A stretch of DNA of 64,000 bases from Torpedo marmorata. Its lineage: Eukaryota. Below the pieces are notes generated by a model that saw nothing but the letters and a program-made list of their open reading frames with translations, was not told the origin of the DNA and searched no databases. Below, in pieces: positions 49,871 to 62,275 of this stretch. Made by a program: the position numbers and the translations under genes. How positions within the stretch are numbered: position 1 is the stretch's first letter; each line of letters opens with the position of its first letter. The DNA lies in the NCBI GenBank assembly GCA_977017645.1, contig OZ360236.1:64666001-64730000 (forward strand). Reading direction: 5' to 3'.

Positions 49871-50947
49871 GTATGATATATGTTAAACTCAATAAAAATA
49901 TTTTAAAAAGAAAGAAAGTCACAGATCTGTCACCACTTTCTTAAAACGTCTCAACATTATACACTTGCTCTTCAGCAAACTGGAGACAATTGCATGATCC
50001 CTGGGTATTTCTGGGCAGTGGTCCTCAAATTGTAGCCCAAGCGATGTACAGCTGCAGTCCACATGAAGCCTTGTTAATGTAACTTCTAAGTGATGCATGT
50101 GTAGTTGTTTGGACAAGGTTGCAAATGTGGCTCCCAAGGGCAACCTGGCTGAGAAGTCCTGCCTCAATAAGTGCTGCAAACATGAGCCCTTTAATACCTC
50201 CCCATCTTGTGCAGCACACTGCAAACCATGGTAGAGAGGCAGCAGGTGGTGCAGTGGCAGTGCACCTCATCCAAAGCTACCATGGTAAATGGTGATCTAC
50301 TCCTGAATCAGCAGGCAGCAGCCCCCAAGATGAATGTGGATCGAATGGGCCTTTAAGCTGCTGACAGAATCTTAATAATATGCTTCCAAGTTCATTATCA
50401 TCTGATTGTACATATATAACCCGACAAAACAGTGTCTCTCCAGATCAAGATGCACACATAAAAACACACAATACACAGTACACCATGATCATATAAATAA
50501 TCAAAATAAATATATCTAAATATTTGGGATGATTTACACAGTTACAAGATACTGTTCATCTATCTCACAGCCTGCGGGAAGAAGCTTGTGAGCGAGCCGA
50601 AATGAGCTCTGCACCGGGAGCAACGTGACTCCATTCATGGTCCATACATCCAACATCCATTTTGCTGCTCCAATGCAATGACTATTCAAGGGATGTCTCC
50701 TACCTTTGAAGGGAGTTCTGTGAGAGCCTCTCTCACTGCTCTTCCTCTGTTATCCCTGCTGTTGTATTGCACCTGGCCTGAACTGACCCTCATCATGACC
50801 AGAATCACAGCCTCAGCTTAAAATATTGTGATTCTAAAGAGTAAATAGGTTTTCATGATTTTCTCAGAAAAAAAATTCAATTTCAGCACATATTATTTAA
50901 ACACACAGCACTGTGCACTCTGGTTTTGCTGAGTGAGTCCTTGCTTA

Positions 50948-51207
50948 GGGGCGGCACGGTTGGCGTAGCGGTTAGCGCAACGCTGTTACAGCGCCAGCGA
51001 TTGGGACTGGGGTTCAAACCCCGCGCTGTCTGTAAGGAGTTTGTACATTCTCTCCGTGTCTGCGTGGGTTTCTTCCAAGTGCTCCGGTTTCCTCCCACCA
51101 TTTGAAACGTACCGGGGGTGTAGGTTAATTGGGTGTAATTGGGCGGCACGGGCTCGTGGGCCGAAATGGCCTGTTACCGTGCTGTATGTCTAAATTTTTT
51201 TTTAAAT
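50948..51207 (+). mobile_element. tRNA-derived V-SINE (HE1-like), full length
   Basis: A box TGGCGTAGCGG, B box GGTTCAAACCC, V-domain GGAGTTTGTACATTCTCTCCGTGTCTGCGTGGGTTT, LINE-like 3' tail. Confidence 0.85.
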
Positions 51208-51744
51208 TAATACGTTTGATTAGGTATCATTTGCATCCCTTTAGTTTTCTGGTTAAATTAACCCCAGTCGTGTTCCTACAGTCCTCTCAATCCTATTGGG
51301 AAAAGCATGATCTGGATCTCACTCATGGATGACCTGCAGATGTGTGATCAAAAGCTTTAGAGTTCAATGAAATGTTGCCTCGTTCCTCACCTTTAAATCT
51401 TCTTTGTGCATTGAGTATGCTCAAGGGTCACTGAGATGTAAATTTTAAAAGCAGTACAACGTGTCTTCAGTATACTGGGAGGCATTTGTCTGCTGATTTG
51501 TACCAAACCCAGCTAGCTCTAAGCAATATTTTAATTTTCATTTTTAATATAATTTCAAAAGTTTATATTTCATTTTCCAGAAAATAATTTCTCCTCATCC
51601 CCTGGGCTTTTCCAATGATACTCTTCAAAAAGTGTTGACTGAGACTATTTTTTTTCAGTTTCCCTCTTCCTTTCATTTGAATAAGTGCCTTTGTAATGTA
51701 AGTTTGTTTAAAAGCCCCACCTCTGTTGAGTCACTGATGAGATG

Positions 51745-52426
51745 TAAGTACCCCTACTTATGATGGGGTACGGTTCCGCGACTCACATCGTAAGGTGAAA
51801 TTATTGTAAGTCGGGTTCTACCTGTACAGGTAGTTATCTGAGCTGCTCCTGCTGGGAGGCCGACCCGACATCCCCACTCCTGCCGTGAGCCACCCGGCAG
51901 GAGCGGGGACGTCAGCCTCCCGGCGGAGTAGGGACATCGGCCTCCCGGCGGGAGCGGGGACGTCGGCCTCCCGGCGGCAGTGGGGACGTCCCCGCTCCTG
52001 CTGGGAGCCTGAGATGGCATCTGGTAACTAGGGGCAGCAGCGTCACTTCGCAACCTACGTTGTGATTTGGAACGCATGCGCAGATTGCCATTGCTCTCTC
52101 TCTCCCTCTTCAATCTCTCTCTCCCTCCCCAGCGACGGCAATCTGTGCACGCGATCCAAATCACCTTTTTTTTAAAAACGGCGTTGGGTCCGACAAAGCA
52201 CGTTACCTTGACATCACTACAAGAGGAGCACTGAAATGATGATGTTTAGTGGGGGTGGTGACGGTGGGAAGCGATCTGCGTACGCTGATTGGACGGAAGC
52301 ATTTCCTTCAGAGAAGGAAAAGCAACCACGTTTATACAGGTAGACTTACCTTTATTCAAAACGGATTCTGATCATCGTAACTTCGAAATATCATAAGTCG
52401 GAACATCGTAAGTCGGGGTCTATCTG
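51745..52426. mobile_element. Tc1/mariner Tigger-like non-autonomous element(s)
   Basis: Right end CATCGTAAGTCGGGGTCTATCTG followed by TA. A degenerate inverted left end CCCCTACTTATGATG and extra internal termini are present. Confidence 0.6.
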
Positions 52427-52512
52427 TAATTCCCTATCTCTTCAATACACAGGGAGATCAGAACTAATCAACATGAGGTTCAAGCCTGTGTGAAAATGGA
52501 TTGTATCAATTT

Positions 52513-53632
52513 ACTTACCAAATACTAATTTTGTTATATATTTACATATTAGAAATTTCATATTATGGGATTTTCCATTTATATATCCACCAGATTTAGT
52601 TGATAATATTTTTCAATTGAATCCTTCTCAGAAAGGATTAATTGGAATTATATATTATAGATTATTAAAATTATGTCCAGTACTTCATGATAAGATTAAA
52701 AAGGCTTGGGAACTGGAACTTGCAAGATCCTTATCTGAGGATCTATGGGACAAGATTTTAAAATTGGTAAATACATCTTCTATATGTGCACGACATTTAT
52801 TAATCCAATTCAAAGTGGTGCATTGTGTTGACATGTTCAAAGATAAATTGGCTAGTATTTTTTCTAATATTAACCCTATTTGTGACAGATGCAAATCTGA
52901 AATTGCTACATTGACACATATGTTTTGTTCTTGTTCACTAAGGATGAAAACTATTGGAAAGAAATTTTTAATATCTTTTCAACTATACTCCAGGTGGAGT
53001 TATGACCCAATCCAATAACTGCTCTTTTCGGGGTTATTGACCCAGATATAGGGAGTTTTTCTGTACCTGTTCAAAGGGGGTTGTGGCCTTCTCTACATTG
53101 TTGGCTAGAAGAGCCATCCTATTCAAATGGAAAGACTCTAGACCTCCAACAGTGTTTCAATGGTTTTCTCATATTATGTCTTCTTTAAGCTTAGAAAAAA
53201 ATAGATATCATGTATTTGATTCTTCGGTGAAATTTGAAGATACATGGCGACCTTTTATGTCTTATTTTCATATGATGTAAGTGTTTCTAATGTATTTTAG
53301 ATGTATTTACTCTTCCTTTGTTTTTTGATTTACAGTAGGAAACAAAAATTACAAAATATATATAACCTTCAGGATCAGCTGCTCAGCTGTTTTTTGTTAG
53401 TTGTTTTTTTTTAATGTAGGTTAGGTGGGTTTTTTCAATATATATATAATAATTTTGATGGTTTTTTTTCATTGTCACCTATTGCAGTGGAGGGGGGATC
53501 GAATTTATACTGTTTGAAGTTTTATTTTAATATATATACTTATGTGATATTGTATTTTCAATTTTGTTCCCTTTTCTTCATTGTATTGCATTTCTTATAA
53601 AAATCAATAAAAAAGATTGAAAAAGAAAGAAA
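52513..53632 (+). mobile_element. L1/Tx1 3' fragment
   Basis: CDRC...HMFCSC, LEKNRY...WRPF, AATAAA and A-tail. TSD GGATTGTATCAATTT at 52498-52512 and 53633-53647. Confidence 0.9.
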
Positions 53633-54934
53633 GGATTGTATCAATTTGCTTCAATTTATAAAAGAGAACATAAAAAAGTATGAATGAGGAAACATAAACC
53701 ATGCCCTTATGTAGTGGTATGTTGGTTTATGATTGCTTCATCACTAATGGGAATTAATAGCTTCCTGAAATTAGCAGTGAGAGGAACTTCAGATGAAGAA
53801 TTAATTATTTATCAACTGGTATGGGATGGCTATGAATCTCAAGGTAACACATTTCCTTTGGATTAAAATTAGAAAAATCCTATGCTTTGTGTCACCAAGT
53901 TAAGAACATAACTGAATGGTCAGCAAATGAAGCCTGTAGAACCAGTACATAGCAGGGAATTACAGATTAGACACCCTCACAAATTGCGTCGTGTGGTGTG
54001 TTTTGCCATCAGGAATGAGAAACTCCCCCATGTGATAAATAAATGTCTCATGACATTCTGGCTGATTCTAGCGTAAAGCCAACATGCACAGATTGCACAC
54101 TGAAAGCTATAGATGAAGCCAAGAATGACATTCTCAGGCCTGGCCTATGTCCCAAAGGGAGACATATTGATCATCCAGGGCAACTTCAATACCAGGTTCA
54201 GAAAGAAGGGAGCAGGGAAAGCTAATTCTGATGGAATTAGAATTAGTTTCCTCTTAATAACATCTCTGTAACTTGACCTTGTCATAACTAACAACATGTT
54301 TTTCAGAGAGACACGAACAAAATGTTTGGCAATGCCCTGATTCCAGCAGGTCACCTGTTTTGCCTTGAAATTCATGTCCTTATCTGAACGAAAGACCACA
54401 AGGATGTCTGCATCATTTGTGCAGTGACAGATACCAAAGACTTTTGGATGGATAATTCCTGCTTTGTTGTGTTTTCTCCCTCAGCTTGATCTCAACTCAA
54501 CAGTGGCAATAGAAATACTGCCAGATGAAAATCAATAATGAAGGTCTCATGGAGCCAGCAATGAAGGCTCTATTCAGATAGCACCTCATGAGAACCTGAT
54601 CACTCCTAACCAAAAGGAGATGCAGTCTCAACAGGAATGGATCACTGTGAGATCGACTGTAAGTATCTCCTGTGAAGATGCTCTTGACTTCTCTACCAGA
54701 GAATAGTAAGACTGATTGGATAAGAATGACCAGAAAAAAAAAATTAAGGCATTTGCAGATTGGAGACTTCACTGGTGTCATGAAGGCCATGGTCCAATAA
54801 AACAGAAATGCCCTTAACAACAAATGTTGGTTGTAAGCATGTAGGAGAATGGTAACCATTAAATCATGGAATCATGCCATCAATATTCTGAACCTTCAAG
54901 GAGTCATCTTGCTACGAGTCAACAAGCAGGTGAG

Positions 54935-56184
54935 AGCTTATCAAGGGGTGAGAAGCTGCCAGCACCCCCAGGAAAGAGAACATGTGGGATCAATGGGCAA
55001 AATGGCCATCTTCCTTACCCATAATCCCCCACACAGCTGGAACTGTTCTGCCAGTGCCAGGGAAACGCAGAGCGGTTCCAGCTGCGTGGGGGATTATGGG
55101 TAAGGAAAATGGCCATTTTGCCCATTGATCTCACATTGAGCGAGGTGCCAGAGCAGCCCCGAAGCGGCCCGATGAGATGCCGGCCCGGAGCAGCCCGGTG
55201 AGGTGACGGAGTGGCACTCTGGTGAGCTCCGGCAGCTCTGCACCCAGGGCTGGCACTACCATTAGGCGAACCAGACCTCAGAGGGCGTGCTGGCGACCCT
55301 CTGAACAATCGCAGGTAAGACTTTATTTCGCCCTGAAGTGGCAGCAACATTTATGTTTGAATCCCGCAAAGTGCAAGGGGAGAAATTATGTGCGTAGAAT
55401 GGGAAAAAAAAACCTGCGCCTGGCTTGCCCAATGTTTATCTTCACCGGGAGACCCCTTGTGTTATCCATGGCCTGCAGCGGACTCTTGCACAACAAAGGG
55501 AGAGTCGGAGTTTTCATTGAAGTAAGCGGGGAATTGCAGCAGTGAGAATTCAAGAGTTCACCCCAATCCCCCATGTACATGTTCTGTTACCCACTGAAAC
55601 CGGGCAGAGTTATTCCAGAATGAGAAATGAAGTTCAGGTACAGGCTGCCCTTCTTGGCTCCACAGTCAGGCCGGTTCACCCCGGCCTTGGGTGCGGGACG
55701 GGCGGCATTCAGTCACCGCCGGTGCGACGGCAGTTAATAGCAATGCGTTTGCAGTTCTCCGGACAGTGCGCTCCTGTGCCTGGCTCTGGAGTAGCTGCAC
55801 ATCAATATACTGTATATTCAACACGCTGGTTTCTCGAATAAAGCAAACGAGTCTAATCGCATGGCAGGTGAAGAGGTTTTAAACAGAGGAGGGGGGAGGG
55901 AGGGAGAGAGCGAGAGAGACTGCTTCTCCCCATTAAAAACCTTTTGCCCGTCCCACTTCTAACCCTATTACAATGAACCTGGCTGTGAGGAACGGTGCTG
56001 ATTTAGGGAACAGGAATTCATGACCTCTGAGAAATTGCCCAACACACACGTGGCCGATCTTCAAACCTAGCCCAATTGTGCGTGAAAACCGCCCAACTGT
56101 CAACTTTATGTGTGATTTTTTAACGAGGGGGGGGCAAAATTTCAGTGCTTGCCATAGGCACTATTTTACCTAGATACGCCACTG
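54935..56184. mobile_element. GC/CpG-rich putative hAT-like DNA element remnant
   Basis: The right end CCTAGATACGCCACTG resembles a hAT TIR. No matching left TIR was found. Confidence 0.4.
54982..55136. repeat. ~70-bp-arm inverted repeat, 15-nt loop
   Basis: 54982-55051 pairs with 55067-55136 with about 5 mismatches. Confidence 0.92.
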
Positions 56185-56780
56185 ATTGAACCCATGCCTT
56201 GCGAATAAGATTTAAAGAAGAAATCCACCAACTGATGTTTTGATTGGTGTGCGTTAAAATATTGGATGAATTGTATTCTTGATAAAGAAAAACTTAAGGT
56301 CTTAGACAGTGAACAAAGAAGTAGAAATACATGGAACAAGAAAATTAATGAGAACTTACTGAAGACATTAAGTAGGTCAAAGTAGGTCACAGGTGATGTT
56401 TAGGCACATTTAGATAATGTATGTTTGAGTGTATGTTGTGGTTACTATTTTCAATGGGAGCAGTCTTGGACTTTGATGGAGTACTTATACTGTGCATCTA
56501 ACCATTATTACCTCACCTTGGATAATGCTGGTCTCCCACCATTAATCTAGCCTAGAAAATACTTAGCTGGTCGATGCAACATTTAGTAATGTTAGATGCA
56601 GCAATGCCTGAGCTGTTTTACTGCTTGCCTTGGAGGTGAATGTCTTTCTGAAACTGTGGATACAGTTCTGCAGAGGATGAGGAAGTTGCCGTTATACAAA
56701 TATTATTGTAAGTTCATTTTTATTAAAGAAGACAAGAGCCATAAAAGAAGTAAATTACTGGAAATTCATGGAGATCATAT

Positions 56781-57662
56781 TGTTACAAATTCAAACCAGC
56801 AACGACAGAAGACGCAATGCAAAAGGGGTAAAATTGAAATTTATATTTATTAAAGACAATTAAACATATAATTTCACAACAATTAACCCCACTATAAACA
56901 TCCAAAAACACTATTCTTATCTAAAAGGTGTGTGTGTGTGTGTGTGTGTAAAGCCCAGACCATTACAGTCTGTGCCCAATCCTCATGTAAAAATGGAAAA
57001 ACTTTCCCCAAAAACCCCAGGTCAGTCATAAAAACAAGTCAGTGAGAAAAAAATAATACAGTCCACAAAAATTCACTCTCTATGTTCAGGATCCAAATTC
57101 AGCTCTGTGTGCTGGCAAGAAGGATTTCTTAATGAACGTTGGAGAGAGACAATGACTGTTTATGCTTACGAATACTTGGCTTGCTTTTCTTCTCTGATGA
57201 CTTCCCTTTTTGGTAGAGATTCACGAGGATTGCGACTCCAAATCAGTATACCACTGATTGAGGCGTGTACTTGGATCTCACAGCTGGTCTCGCTGATCTC
57301 ACGCCTGTTCTCCACAAAAGTTGCTTTAATTCAGGATTTTGCTGAGACAGGAGGCCATGTGCTATTCTCCCAGCCTTTTTCCCTGGGATGCACAAGCCTG
57401 GATTTTGCTTTGTTCTCTAGCCTTTGCAACTCCAAAACTGAATGCTTTTTGCAGAGGTTTGCACCTGCTTTTGCAAAAGTGCAACAAAGTATCTTTTCCA
57501 CAGCCTGTCTCTCTCTCTCTTTGGTGTCTCTCTCTCTGTGTGAGTACAAGAAGTCCTGGGCAAGTTAACTCTTTCAGTACCAGGTCCCAGTATGTACTCC
57601 AAAAGACTTCATCCTTCCTGCTGACTGTCCGCAGTCCAACTGGTCAGTCATGGTCCATAACA
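56781..57662 (-). repeat. Solo LTR of the Gmr1-like family
   Basis: TG...CA ends, 4-bp TSD ATAT (56777-56780, 57663-57666), reverse complement of 6229-7113. Confidence 0.95.
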
Positions 57663-57761
57663 ATATAACTGAGGTATTTGTGAAAAGGCATAGAGAAATT
57701 AGGGTAGTCAAGAAGTGGCCAATGAGTCTGGTGAGACTGTAGAGGTCCTGTCATAATTAAT

Positions 57762-58556
57762 GAATCAGAATCAGAATTTATTGTCATAAACATGTCATGA
57801 AATTCGTTGTTTTGCAGCAGCATCGCAGTGAAAACATTTATATAAATCACATTTCAAAATAAATAAAAATAGTGCAAGAAAAATAAAAAAGACAAAGTGA
57901 GGCAGTGTCTGTGGTTCATTGTTCATTCAGGAATCTGATGGCAGCGGGGAAGAAGCTGTCCTTGTGCCGCTGAGTACTTGTCTTCAGGCTCCTGTACTTT
58001 TTTCCCGATGGTAGCAGAGTGAAGAAGGCATGGCCTGGGTGGTGGGCGTCCTTGAGGATAGAGGCTGCTTTCTTAAGACACTGCCTCTTGTAGATGTCCT
58101 CGATGGAGTGAAGTCTGGTGCCCATGATGTCACAGGCCGAGTGAACAACCCTCTGGAGTTTTTCTTGTCCTGAGTGTTGGCACCTCCGTACCAGACAGTG
58201 ATGCAACAAGCCAGAATGCTCTCCACATACACCTGTAGAAGTTTTTGAGAGTTTTTGGTGACATACCGAATCTGCTCAAACTTCTCACAAAGTATAGCCG
58301 CTTGCGAGCCTTCTTCATGATTGCATCGGCATGGAGGCTCCAGGACAGATCCTCAGAGATGCTGACACCAGGAATTTGAAGTTCTTGACCCTCTCCACTG
58401 CTGGCCCCTCGATGAGGACTGGTTCGTGTTCTCCTGATTTCCTCCTGAAGTCCACAATCATCTGCTTGGTTTTGCTAACATTGAGTGCAAGGTTGTTGTT
58501 GTGACACCACTCAACTAGCTGATCTATCTCCCTCCTGTATGCTTCCTCATTGCCAT
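57762..58556 (-). mobile_element. Rex1/Babar 3' fragment
   Basis: Near-identical to the 3' part of 18357-20415, with a (TTCTGA)n tail. Confidence 0.88.
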
Positions 58557-60354
58557 AATGCAGAACCTTTTTCTGTTTTCCACCCACTGCTGGTCAGGAT
58601 CAAAGAGTGGCTAGTTGCTGAGCAATTAACCAGCAACGCGGGGTTACAGTTGGGATAGCATGCTGTAACACTGGGCTTTTGGGAGCAGGGAGAGTGGTAG
58701 TCCAGTAGGCCACAGATTCAGGTCATCGGCCAAGGTAAGGTGCAGAAAAAGGCTTGTGCTCAGCAAAAGAAATGTTGAAGGCTTCCTAATGAGGCTGCTG
58801 AATTCTCGAGCTCACTCTGACTACACGGATTAAGCTGCAAAAGGCACTCATCCAACTTGACATGCTGAGTTTCCTCTATTCTGGAAGATCCGTAAGTACA
58901 TAAAAATAAAGCTCCCTGTCCTACCATGGGATCTGCATTTAAAAATTGATGCACTGCTCCCCATGCCTGTTCAAACTTGGACATTATGCTTCCCATCACT
59001 GGAAGCGTGGTGGCAAGTATGTCGCTGTGGGGCTGACATTTCGCATAGTTCGCTATTGTGCACCACCTCTCTTCCCCAACAAATCCACCCCCAACAATAA
59101 TATGGAGGTGAGGTTGGAGGGGGGGGGGGGGGTTGGATGTAGTGAGTGTGAGGGATAAAATTGGAGTCTACATAGGAAACAAATATGTGTCCCCACTGTT
59201 CATCATGACCCGTGTCTGTGTGCAAGTTGAAACACACACAACAATCACTTGTGATCAATGTGTTCTCCACATGGAAATATTTACACATATATATGAAATA
59301 GAAATGTTATTAATTTACATTTCCAAAATATATTCAGATTACACATTGTAGTTAAATAAATTAAACCTAATTAAACCATCACATCTTTTCTATGAACTGT
59401 AAGGAATATCAGCACTTGTTCATGTAGAGGAGTTACTGATAAGCCACAGGGCAAAGGTGGATAAACAGATTGGAAGGACATCTTTGCAGTCAGCACAAGA
59501 CTAATGTCTCGGTGTTTCGCTCACGGGAAATAAGCCATCAATCAACTTCTGCACTTGTTCTTGCGCTAGCTCCAGTTTTATTGATTTCATCCCCTCCCTG
59601 GCCCCTGTCTTATTTCAACCAGACAGTTTACAACATCAGAATTCAATTCTGTTGAGCTGAGAAGCTAGCACCACCCACAAAGACCACCCACATTTCATAT
59701 AATATGCTTTATAACTGCTTGTCCCTTTCCTGTCTTCTGCTGCGCTATCACCCCTGTTTTTATTTCTTCCAGACAATAACTATGCTATTGTTCTCCTGTG
59801 GTTTTCTGTTCTAAGTAATTCAACTTTTCTGAAACAGTGATGCCCACAAGTATTCCTTCAAAGTCCCAAACTCCTGCCTCTCCATGTATTTGTTACTCCC
59901 ATTCGATAGTAACATTTTGAATAAAGTCACAAACTCTTGTTAAAATCACTTCATGACTTTCTCTTTGGCTGTGTGAAGTTTTCCAACCTGACTTGCAGCC
60001 ACCACTACTCAAGGGCCACTCAGCAGAAATCCTTATTCCTCCAACCCTGGCTTCCAATGACTCCACCATTAGGTACCAGAAACTGAATTTATTTTCCTAA
60101 ACTATCAGAACCTTCATTTCTCTTGCTTTACCAATGGAAGGACATACATCTTAGAGAAACTACATGCATTCATGAAGTGAATAGAATGTCCCAAGAAGAG
60201 AGTTTGAGTAGGATGGACCTAACCTTACTGGTGCTCAAAACAATGCTCTGTGATTTCATTGAAAGGTATAAGATTCTCAGAGGGCTTGTTCGAGTAGATG
60301 CTATGGGGCATTTTCTTTGCCTTTGAGTCCAGAATTGGGTTCATAGTCTATATC

Positions 60355-60527
60355 GGGGTGGCAAACCTTTTAATTTTTAATTTAGACATACAGCACGGTA
60401 ACAGGCCATTTCGGCCCACGAGCACATACCGGGGATGTAGGTTAATTGGGCGGCACGGACTCGTGGGCCGAAATGGCCTGTTACCGTGCTGTATGTCTAA
60501 ATTAAAAATTAAAAGGTTGGCCACCCC
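60355..60527. repeat. 68-bp-arm palindrome made of SINE 3' tails capped by hAT-TIR-like ends
   Basis: 60355-60422 versus 60460-60527, one mismatch. The arms match the tail of SINE 50948-51207. Outer ends are GGGGTGGC(A/C)AACCTTTT. Confidence 0.9.
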
Positions 60528-60554
60528 TATGATCAGACCTAGGTTCAGAGGCAC

Positions 60555-61225
60555 CCCCCCCCCCCACAACTTAATCATTGACTTCCTGGTTAACTGACTG
60601 CAATCAGTGAAAATGGATAACAACATCTCCTCCACAATCACATTTAACACTGGTGCTCCTCAAGGACTTGTAATCAGTCCCCTACTTACCTCCCTCTACA
60701 CCCAAGACTGAACAGGTAAGTACCATTCCAACTCCACCTATAAATTTGGCAACAACACCACAGTATTGGGACGCGAATCAAATAACGACGAGACAGAATA
60801 CAGGAAAGAGATTGAAAGTCCAGTGGCATGGTGCCAAGATAACAGCCTCTCTCTCTCTCAACATCAATAAGATGAAAGAAATGATCATTGACCAGGAGAG
60901 GGGCAGAGTCCACACCCCCATCCACATGAATGGTGCTTAAAGTCAAAAGCGTAGATAGCTTTAAGTTCTTAGGAATAAATATCTCCAATGACCTGACCTA
61001 GGAGAAGAACGTTGACGCAACAGTCAAGAAAGCGCATCACTGCATCTACTTCTTTGTTCCTCAAAAACGTCTACAGGTGCAACATCGAAAGCACAATTGC
61101 TGGAGTCATCACAGTGTGGTGCAGGAGCTGCTCTGATCAAATGAAGCTGCTGAAGATGGTGAATGCAACTCTGAACATAAAACAAACTTCCTTCCCCTCC
61201 TTGGACTCCATCTACATCTTCTAAG
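60555..61225 (+). mobile_element. Old Rex1-like RT remnant
   Basis: NTGAPQG, LNINKMKEMIID, FKFLGINI, YRCNIES. Confidence 0.7.
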
Positions 61226-62275
61226 TGGTAAGTTATATCTCTCCAACTAGATGATGCAACCTCCTTTGATGATGGTAACGATTAGTAGCCTGGCATGGTG
61301 GTAAGAAGTAGGGGGTGGATGGCAACAACAAGCCAGTCTACAAGGTGACACTTACACCATTGTGGCGTGAGAAAATGTAACACCACTATTCAAGAAAGGA
61401 CGGAGAGGGAAAATAGGCACTATAGGGTTGTTCGCCTAACATTTGACGTTGGGAAATGCTGGAATCCATTATGAAGAGACTAATAACAGGAAATTTAGAA
61501 AATCATAAGAAAATCAGTCAACATGGTTTTATGAATAGGAGATTGACAAATCTGCTAGAATTTTTTGAGTATATAACGAAAAACACGGATTAAGGGGAAC
61601 TGGTTGATTAGTTTAGACGAAATTGCAGAAGATATTCAATAAATTCAAATTGTACAGTGAGAAAGTTTGTTATTTGTGCAATCCAGCTTGTCAAAGAGCA
61701 GAAAAATGCAGTACAGAGTGCAGCATTACAGAGAGAAATCAGTTGTAAAAGAGCAAAGGCAACATTACTGGACTTCTGTGTAATTCTTTCAGTAGCCTGA
61801 TAGTAACTGGAAAGAGACGTGAACCTTATCTCCTGCTCATGAATTTTTTTCGTGATGGCAGGAGTCTTTTATTATGTTGGCTGTGTTTCCAAGACAGTGG
61901 GGAACGAAGATAGAGTCACTGGAGGAGGGGTTGAGGGGGGGGGAGGCTTGTGTGACGATCTGACCCTCATCCACAAGTTCAAAGTTCAAATTTATTGTTA
62001 GAGTACATATACTGTATGACATCGCATGCAACCCTGAGATTCTTTTTCCTGTGGGCCAGGCAAAATTTCTACTTATCGGTAACTGGAACCATCTTGTAAC
62101 TGGTCAGGTGCTAACTTAATAATACCCACAATCAGGTGATATCTAAAATAGATTACTGCACAAGATAAAACACATGTTTAGGGATAATATATCAGCACGG
62201 ATGAAAGATTGGCTAACCAACAGAAGGAAAAAAGAGTCGCAATTCGAGTCACCTTTGGACACATATACAGTATAT

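Larger units (their letters stand above)
44899..49911 (+). mobile_element. Short L1/Tx1 3' fragment hosting an LTR provirus in its 3' UTR
   Basis: LEKIRYNIK...KIWGPFMEY; AATAAA/A-tail at 49891-49911; TSD AAGAAAGTCACA at 44887-44898 and 49912-49923. Confidence 0.85.
44590..50030 (-). pseudogene. Fossil PIF/Harbinger transposase (pieces ~44590-44898 and ~49924-50030) split by nested insertions
   Basis: The rejoined minus strand gives LQFAEEQ..LRRFKKVVTDL, PPIDVKVNVTPHFSIARSLQ, QAEQVR, IDC, KGHF in HARBI1-like order. Confidence 0.6.

Noticed and set aside
50948-51030. tRNA gene
   Set aside because: The A/B boxes run straight into a V-domain and LINE-like tail, so this is a SINE head.
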